A stretch of DNA of 64,000 bases from an uncultured Ruminiclostridium sp. (GTDB lineage Bacteria; Bacillota; Clostridia; Oscillospirales; Ruminococcaceae): contig CAYVZH010000010.1 of assembly GCA_964456025.1 (NCBI GenBank), forward strand, positions 349-64,348. The letters run 5' to 3'. The notes under the pieces are model-generated. The model was not told where the DNA came from and made no database searches. It saw only the letters and a list, made by a program, of their open reading frames with translations. Each line of letters starts with the position of its first letter. Within the stretch, counting starts at the first letter, position 1. This document shows positions 40,327 through 48,445 of this stretch, piece after piece. A program made the translations under genes and the position numbers.

Positions 40327-40600
40327 AAAAGAGAAAAAATTATATGACCGGGGGACGCTGTCCCCCGAACCCCCTGCTTCCTTTTGTGCCAAAAGGAAGC
40401 GAAAAGCAGCACTGCTTTATAAAGAATAAAATTAAATTGTTATTCTGCAATTTTAATCCAAGTTTTCTGCAAACCTGTTGAATCGTGCGGACTTTTCCTT
40501 TTTAGTGGCTTGTAAAAGCGATATTGCCTTTCGGTTCCTTTCGGCTACGAAAGGAACTAGGGGTTTGGGGACAACGTCCCCAAAAAAAATATATGTCTTT
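40327..40600. repeat. Family B bipartite element (96-bp spacer)
   Basis: Left arm with GGGGGACGCTGTCCCCCGAACCCCCTG identical to 3117-3144; right arm AAAGCGATATTGCCTTTCG..GGGGACAACGTCCCC. Confidence 0.75.
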
Positions 40601-40610
40601 TGTCTCAAAT

Positions 40611-43127
40611 TTATTTCTTTTTAATCAGCTCGGCGGGGATCTGAGAAACCGCCGTAATGACCAGAACGATCACGGGCATGAACGGGCTTACCGCCGCCAG
40701 TCCGAGCGCGGTATTCAGGTACGGGATATAGACCGCCAGCAGCGCCGCAAGCACCGCGATTCCCGTCGCGATTCCGGCAAAGGACTGCCCCGAGCGGACC
40801 GCGTCCCACACGCCATGCTCCGAAAGATTGATCCAGCCCGCGATCAGCAGCCCGAAAATCAGGATAAAGACGAAATTCGCCGCCGACTGCGGAGAAAGCG
40901 CCGCGACCGTTTCCGCGCTGTTCACGCCGTAACCGGACGAGATCAGGTAAAAGATCACCTCCGCCGCAGTCAGCCCGAATGCCTGCACGAGCGGGCGAAG
41001 GAAAAACCGCTTTCCAAGCTTTCCCGTCGCGGTAAAACGGGACGAGGAAAGCTCGTCCTTCTGCCGCGCGGTGTTTTCGAGAAACATCATGGAGATCCCC
41101 GGAACCGCCGCGATCCCGATCAGACCGACCAGCATGGGCGAGAGGATAAACGGCGTTCCGAGCAGGAGATTTACGACCGCGAACGCCGCGAGCGTGACCG
41201 CCGCCGTCAAATGAACCGCTGCGCAGCGCTTCGCGTTCGAGTAGGTCTGCCGCGCGGAGCGGAACAGCTCTACCACCGTCTCGAAATTATCGTCCGAAAC
41301 GGTAAGCTTTGACGCTTCTCCCGCCGCGCCCGTGCTTGTCCCCGAAAGAGCGATCCCGAAATCCGCCTGCTCGAGAAGATCGCTGTCGGGGTCGCTTCCC
41401 GCCGAGACCGCGACGACCTCGCCGCGCTCCTGTAAGAACCGCAGGATCAGGGGCTTCTGATCGGGCGTAATCCGAGCGAATAGGCCAACTCCCGTCAGAT
41501 CGGGCGCGATCCCGCTTTCCTCCGCCGCGCGAAGCTGTTCCCCCGTGAGAACGTTCATGTCCCGAAGTCCGACCTTCGCCGCGATCGCGGAAGCCGATTC
41601 CGCGCTGTCACCTGTCATCATCACGACCCGCATTCCCGATTTATAACAGCTCCGCACCGCGAAGGGGATATTGTCCCGCGTCTTATTCTCGAACGCGAGC
41701 AGCCCCATAAAGCTGTACCGAAGATCGGAAACCGCCTCGGGCGGATCGGCCTCCTCGCCAAGCGTCGCAAACGCCGCCGCGAGGACAAGATAACCCTGCT
41801 TCTCAAAGCTTACAATCTTATTCTGCACCGTATAAAGCATGTCCGTCGGAACATCGCAGAGCGGAAGGAGCCGTTCGGGCGCGCCCTTTACGCAAAGCAG
41901 CCTTGCGCCGTTTACGTTCCAGAGATTCCCCATTGCGGTTTCCGCCGAATCGAAGGGGTATTCCCGCAGAAGCTCGTTTTCCTGCAAATCCTTTACGTCC
42001 GCGCCGCGGAATGCCGCGTCGAGAATGATCGCTTTATCGACATTATCGGCTTGCTCACCCTTCGCGCAGGCAAGCACCGACACATTCGTCATCATTTCCT
42101 CATTCGCGGTCAGAACGTCCGCAAGCTCGAGGCGGTTATTTGTAACTGTCCCGGACATATCAATGCAGATACAGGTGACCGCGCTCATGTCCTCGACGCA
42201 GCGAAGCTCCTTTACCGAAGCGCCCTGCGCCGCCATCGCGCGCGTCCCGTAAATGTAATAAATACGGATCAGCGAAGCCGCCTCACACGGCACAAAGCAG
42301 AGGGCGAACGCGGTCGCGGGGTAGAAGGTGTGGTAGATCGTCTCAAGGATCGGATTTTCGGCGAAAATGTCGATCTCGGTAAAGTGAAAAAGTGCCGCGA
42401 AAATAAGCAGTACCCATGACGTCAGGCTCAGAATGCGGCTCACACGCAGAACGACCCGCTCCAGTGCGGTAAAATACTCGTCCGTCTCCTTCGGCGCGCC
42501 GAAGGTTTTAAAATGCTTGGTATCGACATTCGTCCCCGTGACCCGCGCAGCGAGACGGCCCGTCACGATCTTTGTACCTTTATAAATACAGCTTCGTTTC
42601 AGCTCCTCGTTAAGGCTTGCCGCACCCGTAATTTTTTGAACGGGGGTCTTATCGCCCGTAAAAACGCTTTCATCGACGGTCAGGTCGTAAATCTCAAGCA
42701 AATGCGCGTCGGCGGGAACGCGTTCTCCCGCCTCGAGCAGGAGAATATCGTCGGGCACCAGATGCTCGCGCCGCACGACCGACAGCTCCCCGTCCCGCAC
42801 CACGTGATAATACACGCGGGAAGCGCGTTTCAGCTCAAAAAAGTATTCGTCGCACTTTTTCCCCTTTATGATCTCGGTCACCGCGTACAGCGCAGATAAC
42901 GTGGCGAGTACCGCGCCTGTCAAAAAATCAGCATAGACAAAGGAGAGCGCCGCCGCCGCGATCAGGAGCAGAAAACGCGCGCGGAAAAAGACCCGCACCG
43001 GCGAAAAACCCTTTTCGCGCTCGTCGAGCTTCGTCTCGCTGTTAAATCCGTAAAGCTTTCGGTTCTCGGCGACCTTTTCCTCCGAGAGACCCGTATATTC
43101 GTTTTTAAAATCCCTTAGCTGTATCAC
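40611..43127 (-). CDS. Cation-transporting P-type (P2-like) ATPase with degenerate motifs
   Basis: YGFN, DAHLLE..VDESVFTGDK, CIDMSGTVT, KGAPE, MMTGD, FARITPDQK. GTG start after AAAGGA; the ORF extension is repeat sequence. Confidence 0.8.
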   Translation of the reverse strand: MIQLRDFKNEYTGLSEEKVAENRKLYGFNSETKLDEREKGFSPVRVFFRARFLLLIAAAALSFVYADFLTGAVLATLSALYAVTEIIKGKKCDEYFFELKRASRVYYHVVRDGELSVVRREHLVPDDILLLEAGERVPADAHLLEIYDLTVDESVFTGDKTPVQKITGAASLNEELKRSCIYKGTKIVTGRLAARVTGTNVDTKHFKTFGAPKETDEYFTALERVVLRVSRILSLTSWVLLIFAALFHFTEIDIFAENPILETIYHTFYPATAFALCFVPCEAASLIRIYYIYGTRAMAAQGASVKELRCVEDMSAVTCICIDMSGTVTNNRLELADVLTANEEMMTNVSVLACAKGEQADNVDKAIILDAAFRGADVKDLQENELLREYPFDSAETAMGNLWNVNGARLLCVKGAPERLLPLCDVPTDMLYTVQNKIVSFEKQGYLVLAAAFATLGEEADPPEAVSDLRYSFMGLLAFENKTRDNIPFAVRSCYKSGMRVVMMTGDSAESASAIAAKVGLRDMNVLTGEQLRAAEESGIAPDLTGVGLFARITPDQKPLILRFLQERGEVVAVSAGSDPDSDLLEQADFGIALSGTSTGAAGEASKLTVSDDNFETVVELFRSARQTYSNAKRCAAVHLTAAVTLAAFAVVNLLLGTPFILSPMLVGLIGIAAVPGISMMFLENTARQKDELSSSRFTATGKLGKRFFLRPLVQAFGLTAAEVIFYLISSGYGVNSAETVAALSPQSAANFVFILIFGLLIAGWINLSEHGVWDAVRSGQSFAGIATGIAVLAALLAVYIPYLNTALGLAAVSPFMPVIVLVITAVSQIPAELIKKK

Positions 43128-43153
43128 GAAGCGTCCTTTCCGTGAAAATTTCA

Positions 43154-43463
43154 TACTTATTTTCGCTGAAAAAGCGTCGAAAAAATCAAGCAAAAACTTG
43201 GATTTGTGCGGTTTTGCGCAGATTTTTTCGGTACGCTTTTAAGCGAAAATCAGTATCATGCTGCTTCACGACCCGAATGTGCACAAAATCCAAGCAAAGA
43301 CTTAAATTTGTACTTATTTTCAATTAAAAAGCGTCGAAAAAAACAAGCAAAAGCTCGGATTTATGCGGTTTTGCACAGATTTTTTCGGTACACTTTTAAG
43401 CGAAAATCAGTACTATGCGGCTTTGCGCAGAATTTTTGTTTACACATCGGAAGCGAAGCAGTA
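43154..43463 (+). mobile_element. Stack of three family A MITE-like copies (one tandem, one nested)
   Basis: Copy 43154-43255 flanked by TCA/TCA; a second copy (43259-43310 plus 43413-43463) is split by a third copy (43311-43412). Confidence 0.75.
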
Positions 43464-43567
43464 TCGGTCACTTTTTGTCATTTTTGACGAAGGGGCTGTC
43501 CCGTTTGATATTTCTATCTATTATATCACATTTTTTCCGAAATTGCAACACCTCGGGAAAGAATAAA

Positions 43568-43598
43568 GCGCCCATGCAGAACATGGGCGCCCATTTTT
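43568..43598 (-). terminator. Intrinsic terminator after the minor pilin
   Basis: GCGCCCATG/CATGGGCGC stem. Confidence 0.55.
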
Positions 43599-43633
43599 AT
43601 AAATTGTTGAAACTCAAATACGTTTCCTCTTTA

Positions 43634-44260
43634 TCAGCTCACCACAAACATCGTTTCTACCCTGCCTGCCGGCATACACAGCCGCGTCGGGAAAGAGCAG
43701 GCATATACGCCCGTCGCGAGAACGCAGTTATCCGTAAAGTTCTGGCTGTCCACCTCCGACCAGCTGCCGTCTGTCCAGTACGCCGCCGATACGCGGTAAT
43801 GATCGTCGATCACCGCATAAAACGTCCCGTCATACGACGTTTCGGTAAGACGCTCATTCACCAAACGCATAAAGCTTTCCACAAAGCTCCGCTGATTCGC
43901 GTCGGATATTGCCGCGAGCGTCGTCTGCGAGCCGCCCGATACGGCGATCCCGCAATCTGCGTTTGTAACCCGACCCTTTTCGCCCGCCACGACCTCGGCA
44001 TATAAGATGATGCTGTCACCCGCCGAGGCAACAATATGGTCGCCCGAAAGCGTTCCTTCACCCGTGAGATGTTTCCGGCTCGCGAAGGTCTGTGCCGTGT
44101 AATAAAAATCCTTCGCATAGCCTTTTCCCGCCGCGGGGCGATCGCTCGTCAGCAGCGTCGGCACAGCCAACGCAATCAGAACGCCAATGATCGCAATCAC
44201 AATGATCAGTTCCACTAAAGTAAAGCCTTTTTTCGCTTTCAGCTGTTGAATTTTTTTCAT
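43634..44260 (-). CDS. Type IV pilin-like protein (minor)
   Basis: Class III signal KKG/FTLVELIIVIAIIGVL. Confidence 0.9.
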   Translation of the reverse strand: MKKIQQLKAKKGFTLVELIIVIAIIGVLIALAVPTLLTSDRPAAGKGYAKDFYYTAQTFASRKHLTGEGTLSGDHIVASAGDSIILYAEVVAGEKGRVTNADCGIAVSGGSQTTLAAISDANQRSFVESFMRLVNERLTETSYDGTFYAVIDDHYRVSAAYWTDGSWSEVDSQNFTDNCVLATGVYACSFPTRLCMPAGRVETMFVVS

Positions 44261-44297
44261 AGCGCACCTCTTGATCGTTTATTTTACGGCGTCGGAA

Positions 44298-44453
44298 TCA
44301 GAATTCCTCCGTCTTTTCCTTCGGCTGATCCGGCTTGGACTTATATCGCTCCTCACCTGATTTCACATACAGCATAAAATCGTTTATCTTTTCATCGCTC
44401 CAGCCTGCCACGCACAAACCGAGAATCAGTCTCGCGGTTTGTTGCATATTCAT
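44298..44453 (-). CDS. Small hypothetical protein (51 aa), below the ORF-track cutoff
   Basis: AAGGAG RBS; MNMQQTARLILGLCVAGWSDEKINDFMLYVKSGEERYKSKPDQPKEKTEEF fills the toxin-pilin gap. Confidence 0.7.
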   Translation of the reverse strand: MNMQQTARLILGLCVAGWSDEKINDFMLYVKSGEERYKSKPDQPKEKTEEF

Positions 44454-44477
44454 TATGAAGCTTCTCCTTTTTACTCT

Positions 44478-44753
44478 TTAAAACAAATCCGAATGTGTTC
44501 CCGTATCAATCAACGTCAAAGTTAATATGTCGTTTTCTATAAGATATACTAAAAGCCAATCCGGACGAATATGACATTCTCTAAAACCGTCCCATTTTCC
44601 TTTTAACGCGTGATCCCGGTATTTCGGTTCAAGCGGAATCCCATTCAATAGCTTTTCGATCACGGGATCGATTGAGGAAACATCAATGCCCCGCTTTTTT
44701 GCAAGCACGATACTTTTCGTATATTTTTTGGAAACGACCAACTTATATTTCAT
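44478..44753 (-). CDS. Type II TA toxin, YafQ/RelE family mRNA interferase
   Basis: KYRDHALKGKWDGFRECHIRPDWLLVY..DTGTHSDLF. Confidence 0.93.
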   Translation of the reverse strand: MKYKLVVSKKYTKSIVLAKKRGIDVSSIDPVIEKLLNGIPLEPKYRDHALKGKWDGFRECHIRPDWLLVYLIENDILTLTLIDTGTHSDLF

Positions 44754-45016
44754 ATTCCCAAATCCTTGCGGGCTTCTTCATAGCTGTCATACTTTTTTGT
44801 GTTCGGATCGCGGCTTAGTTGTTTCGCCTCTTTCATTGCTTCGATCATCTCTTCATTATATAAACAGTTTCTGATCGGAAACGGAATGCCGTCGTACAAA
44901 AGAACTTGTTTTAAGAATATATTCACCGCAGTAGATATATCCATTCCCAAAGCCTCTAAAAGCTCGGTCGCTTCTTCCTTCGTGGTTTTGTCTACGTTGA
45001 TTTGAATTGTTTCCAT
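44750..45016 (-). CDS. Type II TA antitoxin, RelB/DinJ family
   Basis: IQINVDKTTKEEA..LGMDISTAVNIFLKQ..GIPFPI; overlaps the toxin start by 4 nt. Confidence 0.92.
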   Translation of the reverse strand: METIQINVDKTTKEEATELLEALGMDISTAVNIFLKQVLLYDGIPFPIRNCLYNEEMIEAMKEAKQLSRDPNTKKYDSYEEARKDLGI

Positions 45017-45095
45017 GTCTATATAAACACCCCCTTATCTCCCGAACCCTTCGGAATAAGGAAAACCCGTTTCCTCATTCCGAAACGCTCCTTCA

Positions 45096-45157
45096 AGCAT
45101 TTCATAAATAACCGCCTATTTCCCCCGCAGTCGCCCGCGGGGGAAATTCGGTTATTT
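45096..45157 (-). terminator. Long hairpin terminator after the major pilin
   Basis: AAATAACCG..TTTCCCCCGC/GCGGGGGAAA..CGGTTATTT nested stems. Confidence 0.65.
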
Positions 45158-45188
45158 GGGTTTTAAGCGTTTTTCTAAGCCTTACGGA

Positions 45189-45866
45189 TTAGATGATGGT
45201 GAGCTTCGGAGAAGTACCAACGATGTCGCCCGCAGCGGTAACACCCGCCGTATTGCCGTCCCAGCCAGCAACGTGAACCTTGTTGTTCAGAACCGCAGGA
45301 GTGGTGGGAGTAGCAGCAGTCATGTCGAAGTGGTTGGTGATTACTAAGGGAGTTGCCGTGTCAGCAGTGTACGCACAAGCGATAACGTGACCGCCGGAAA
45401 CCGCCGCAGCAACCTGACCCGCCTGGATATCCGGGAATAAGCCCGCCAGCTGGATCGCCATCAAATCGGTAACATTAGTGGCCGCGCTCTTCAGCGTGGT
45501 GGTCGTACCGGTACCGGAAGCCGCCCAAGAAAGAGTACCTACGTTGAACGCGGTCGTATCGTTAGTAACGGCAGCGGTCCAAGTGGTAGTACCACCGGTG
45601 GTAGAAATCGTGAACGTGAAATCAGAGTACGCAACACCCTTCTTCATGCCATAACCGTTGGTATCGCAATCGGTAAGGAACGCGTCGATCTCCTTCGCGA
45701 ACGAAGCAGCGGTGGAGTCCGCGCTGGTAACACGGGAGTTCGTTACGTAACCTAACATCGTAGGTACGAGGATTGCGGCAAGTACACCGATGATCGCAAT
45801 AACTACGATTAACTCAACGAGTGTAAAGCCTTTTTTTGCCTTGAGCTTCTGGAAAAACTTAATCAT
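45189..45866 (-). CDS. Type IV pilin (probable major pilin)
   Basis: KKG/FTLVELIVVIAIIGVLAAILVP; strong AAGGAGG RBS; Thr/Ala-rich. Confidence 0.92.
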   Translation of the reverse strand: MIKFFQKLKAKKGFTLVELIVVIAIIGVLAAILVPTMLGYVTNSRVTSADSTAASFAKEIDAFLTDCDTNGYGMKKGVAYSDFTFTISTTGGTTTWTAAVTNDTTAFNVGTLSWAASGTGTTTTLKSAATNVTDLMAIQLAGLFPDIQAGQVAAAVSGGHVIACAYTADTATPLVITNHFDMTAATPTTPAVLNNKVHVAGWDGNTAGVTAAGDIVGTSPKLTII

Positions 45867-46006
45867 TGGTTTTTTCCTCCTTGTAAAAATTTTTTATGTA
45901 TAACCCTCTCGAGGTTATATCCATGTTCATTTGCAAGGAAATCGTTTTCATCGACCCGTTACCGAAATGTAACTTTGTGAAGATTGGTTTCCTTTGCTGT
46001 AATTAC

Positions 46007-46035
46007 AGTATACACCGAGACGGACGGTTTTGCAA
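46007..46035 (-). promoter_or_regulatory. Sigma-A promoter of the pilin gene
   Basis: Minus strand TTGCAA-17-TATACT. Confidence 0.7.
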
Positions 46036-46390
46036 GCCCTTTTTTAAAAAAAATGACCCGATGGGTAAAACTTTATTGAAGTTTTACAAGTTGTCGGAAT
46101 ACTTTTGGCGATTTTTAACACTTGAAGGTGACACTTCGCGGGGAGGACGCAAAAGGCGGGAGGGAATTTTTGGTAAAAAAGGTGAGATTGTAACTATCGG
46201 GAGTATACCATATATAATAAGCACGCTGCGGTAATATCATCAAAATCATTATAATGGATTTTCAGAAATTTTTCGTTGACTTTTCTTTTATTTTAGGGTA
46301 TAATAACGAAAACGAAGTCCCGCGGCAAAAGAAAGGATCGCCCCCGATTTCGGCACAAAACTTCCTCCATAAGAAAGGAATGACCAAAAA

Positions 46391-47380
46391 ATGAAGAAAA
46401 AAATACTTTCTGTCTTATTGATATGCAGTCTGTTTTTGTCCGCCTGCGACGCGGAGCCGTCGGAAACCTCCGCGGACGGAACGGGTGCGCCCGATTCCGC
46501 CGTTTCCGACCAGGCGTCGGTCGAGATCGGGGGCATGTCTTACCCGATCGACAGCACGGAACTGCGGCTGACCTCCGGCGCGCTTCAAGCGGAGGAGCTT
46601 TCAAAGCTCTCCGAATTTCCGAACCTTGCCATTCTCGACCTGAGCGATAACGGCTTTACCGATCTTTCCGCACTCAGCGGACTTCAAAGCCTTTACATTC
46701 TTTATATAAACGGGAATCCGATTTCCGACTTTTCGTTTCTGGAGGAGCTTCCGTACCTGGAAGAGCTGCACGCGGACAACTGCGGACTGAGCGATCTTTC
46801 CGCGCTCCCGATACTTTTGAATCTGGAGGAGTTAAGCGTACGCGGGAACGAAATCGCCGATCTTTCGCCGCTGACCGAATTTCTGAGCCTGATCCGCCTT
46901 GTCGTCAATAATAACCCGATCTCCGATTTCTCACCCTTGTCGGAAATGACCGACCTCGAGAGCCTGGAGGCGGATAACTGCGGGATCGACGATCTTTCCT
47001 TTGCGTCGGGGCTTGTGAACCTCTACACCCTGAGCGCCTGCGAAAACCAAATCAGCGACCTTTCGCCGATCGCGGGACTTACGGCAATGGAAAACCTGTA
47101 CCTCGACGGAAACGAGATCAGCGATCTTTCCCCGATCGCGGGAATGGAACTTCTCGAATGGCTCTATCTCGCGGAAAACAACGTTTCGGATCTCTCTCCG
47201 ATTAGGGGGCTTACCGCACTCGATCTGATCGACCTCGAGGCGAACCGGGTGTCCGACATTTCGATTTTTTACGAAATGGAGTGGATGAGCACGATCTACC
47301 TTTTTGAAAATCCCGTTTCCGAAGAGGATCTTGATGCGCTCGACAAGACGCTGAAGGAAACGACTATCGGATACGATTAA
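46391..47380 (+). CDS. Leucine-rich repeat lipoprotein (internalin-type LRR)
   Basis: Lipobox LSAC; about ten 22-aa repeats LxxLxLxxNxIxDLSxL. Confidence 0.92.
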   Translation: MKKKILSVLLICSLFLSACDAEPSETSADGTGAPDSAVSDQASVEIGGMSYPIDSTELRLTSGALQAEELSKLSEFPNLAILDLSDNGFTDLSALSGLQSLYILYINGNPISDFSFLEELPYLEELHADNCGLSDLSALPILLNLEELSVRGNEIADLSPLTEFLSLIRLVVNNNPISDFSPLSEMTDLESLEADNCGIDDLSFASGLVNLYTLSACENQISDLSPIAGLTAMENLYLDGNEISDLSPIAGMELLEWLYLAENNVSDLSPIRGLTALDLIDLEANRVSDISIFYEMEWMSTIYLFENPVSEEDLDALDKTLKETTIGYD

Positions 47381-47738
47381 AAAATAATGCCGAACCCGAA
47401 AAGACCGGGTTCGGCAAAGCGGCGCAAGGCACCGCGAAAAGGGCAAAGGGGAGCCCCCGGCGCGGCGATTCAAGAACGGTTCGTCCGACCCCCTGCCCGT
47501 GAGCGCTTCGACGTTTGCGGCTTTCCGACCGTTACCGCGCTTTCCCCCGCCCTTTATCAGTGTATGCCGACCGAAAAAATAAGTGCGGCGGCGTGCCGCC
47601 GTTCGCAATTCCGAAGAAGTCCTCCGAATGGGGGAAGTAACTGCGCGTGCGGCGGGATTTCCTGTTTCGCACACTTGTCGGAGCGTGCCGCCGTTCGCCT
47701 ATTTAGAACAATTTGAATGCTGAAAGCGAGGTTTTTTG

Positions 47739-48161
47739 ATGAAAATTTGTAAATCCTGCGGTGCGTCCAATCGGGACGACAGCCGATTCTGCTGCAACTG
47801 CGGCTTTGCCGAGCTTGAACAGGCTCCCGATCCCGTTCCCGCTCCCACACCCGCTCCGCCGCCCGTGGTCGTACATACCCCGCCGATTTTCCCGCCCCCG
47901 AAGCCCGAATTTACGCGCTATGACCTCTCGACGATTTTCGGCTTTGTCGCGGCGATCGTCGGGCTGTTCCAGATTTCGCTGATCCTAGAGCCGCTCGCGC
48001 TCCTTACCGCGATCTTCGGCTTTGCGCGCGGAAAGCGCTACCGCGGACTTGCGGTAGCCGGGATCGTGATCGCCGGGATCGGGCTTCTGCTCCGCCTGTT
48101 CTGGACGCTGTACCACAACGGCGTAGTTCCGCAGTGGGTCATTACCGGGACGTTTAATTGA
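47739..48161 (+). CDS. Zinc-ribbon membrane protein
   Basis: CKSCG..FCCNCG, Pro-rich linker, 2-3 TM helices. Confidence 0.8.
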   Translation: MKICKSCGASNRDDSRFCCNCGFAELEQAPDPVPAPTPAPPPVVVHTPPIFPPPKPEFTRYDLSTIFGFVAAIVGLFQISLILEPLALLTAIFGFARGKRYRGLAVAGIVIAGIGLLLRLFWTLYHNGVVPQWVITGTFN

Positions 48162-48270
48162 GGCTTGCCGACGTCGTTCAAAAATTAAGCGCTTTGATCT
48201 GTTTCTTTTTGAACATCGCGTTCCTGCTGCCGTCCGTGGACGATACAGTAAAAACAAGAGTCTTAAATGA

Positions 48271-48325
48271 AAAATCTGTAATATTCGACAAGTTCGTTGA
48301 AAAATCGTCGAATATTACAGATTTT
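48271..48325. terminator. Perfect 19-bp inverted repeat between convergent genes
   Basis: AAAATCTGTAATATTCGAC / GTCGAATATTACAGATTTT with a 17-nt loop. Confidence 0.55.
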
Positions 48326-48346
48326 CGTTTTTTCAAAACATGACAG

Positions 48347-48440
48347 AAAGCAATATTGCTTTTCGCTTCCTTTTGGCTACAAAAGGAAGCAGGGGGTATG
48401 GGGGACAGGGTCCCCCAAAAACATATACTTCTCTCTTATA
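48347..48440 (+). repeat. Family B arm
   Basis: AAAGCAATATTGCTTTTCGCTTCCTTTTG..CAAAAGGAAGCAGGGGGTATGGGGGACAGGGTCCCCCA. Confidence 0.7.
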
Positions 48441-48445
48441 ATCTC

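Noticed and set aside
43128-43193. Longer start for the P-type ATPase
   Set aside because: The extension reads into the family A repeat; GTG 43127 has a proper RBS.
43154-43463. Possible CRISPR array (repeated ~100-bp units)
   Set aside because: Units are long palindromic elements found dispersed elsewhere, with no short repeats, unique spacers or cas genes.
46120-46170. c-di-GMP-I riboswitch (GGACGCAAA)
   Set aside because: Lacks the upstream GGCAAACC/GAAA stem and the P3 arrangement; orientation does not fit the pilin leader.
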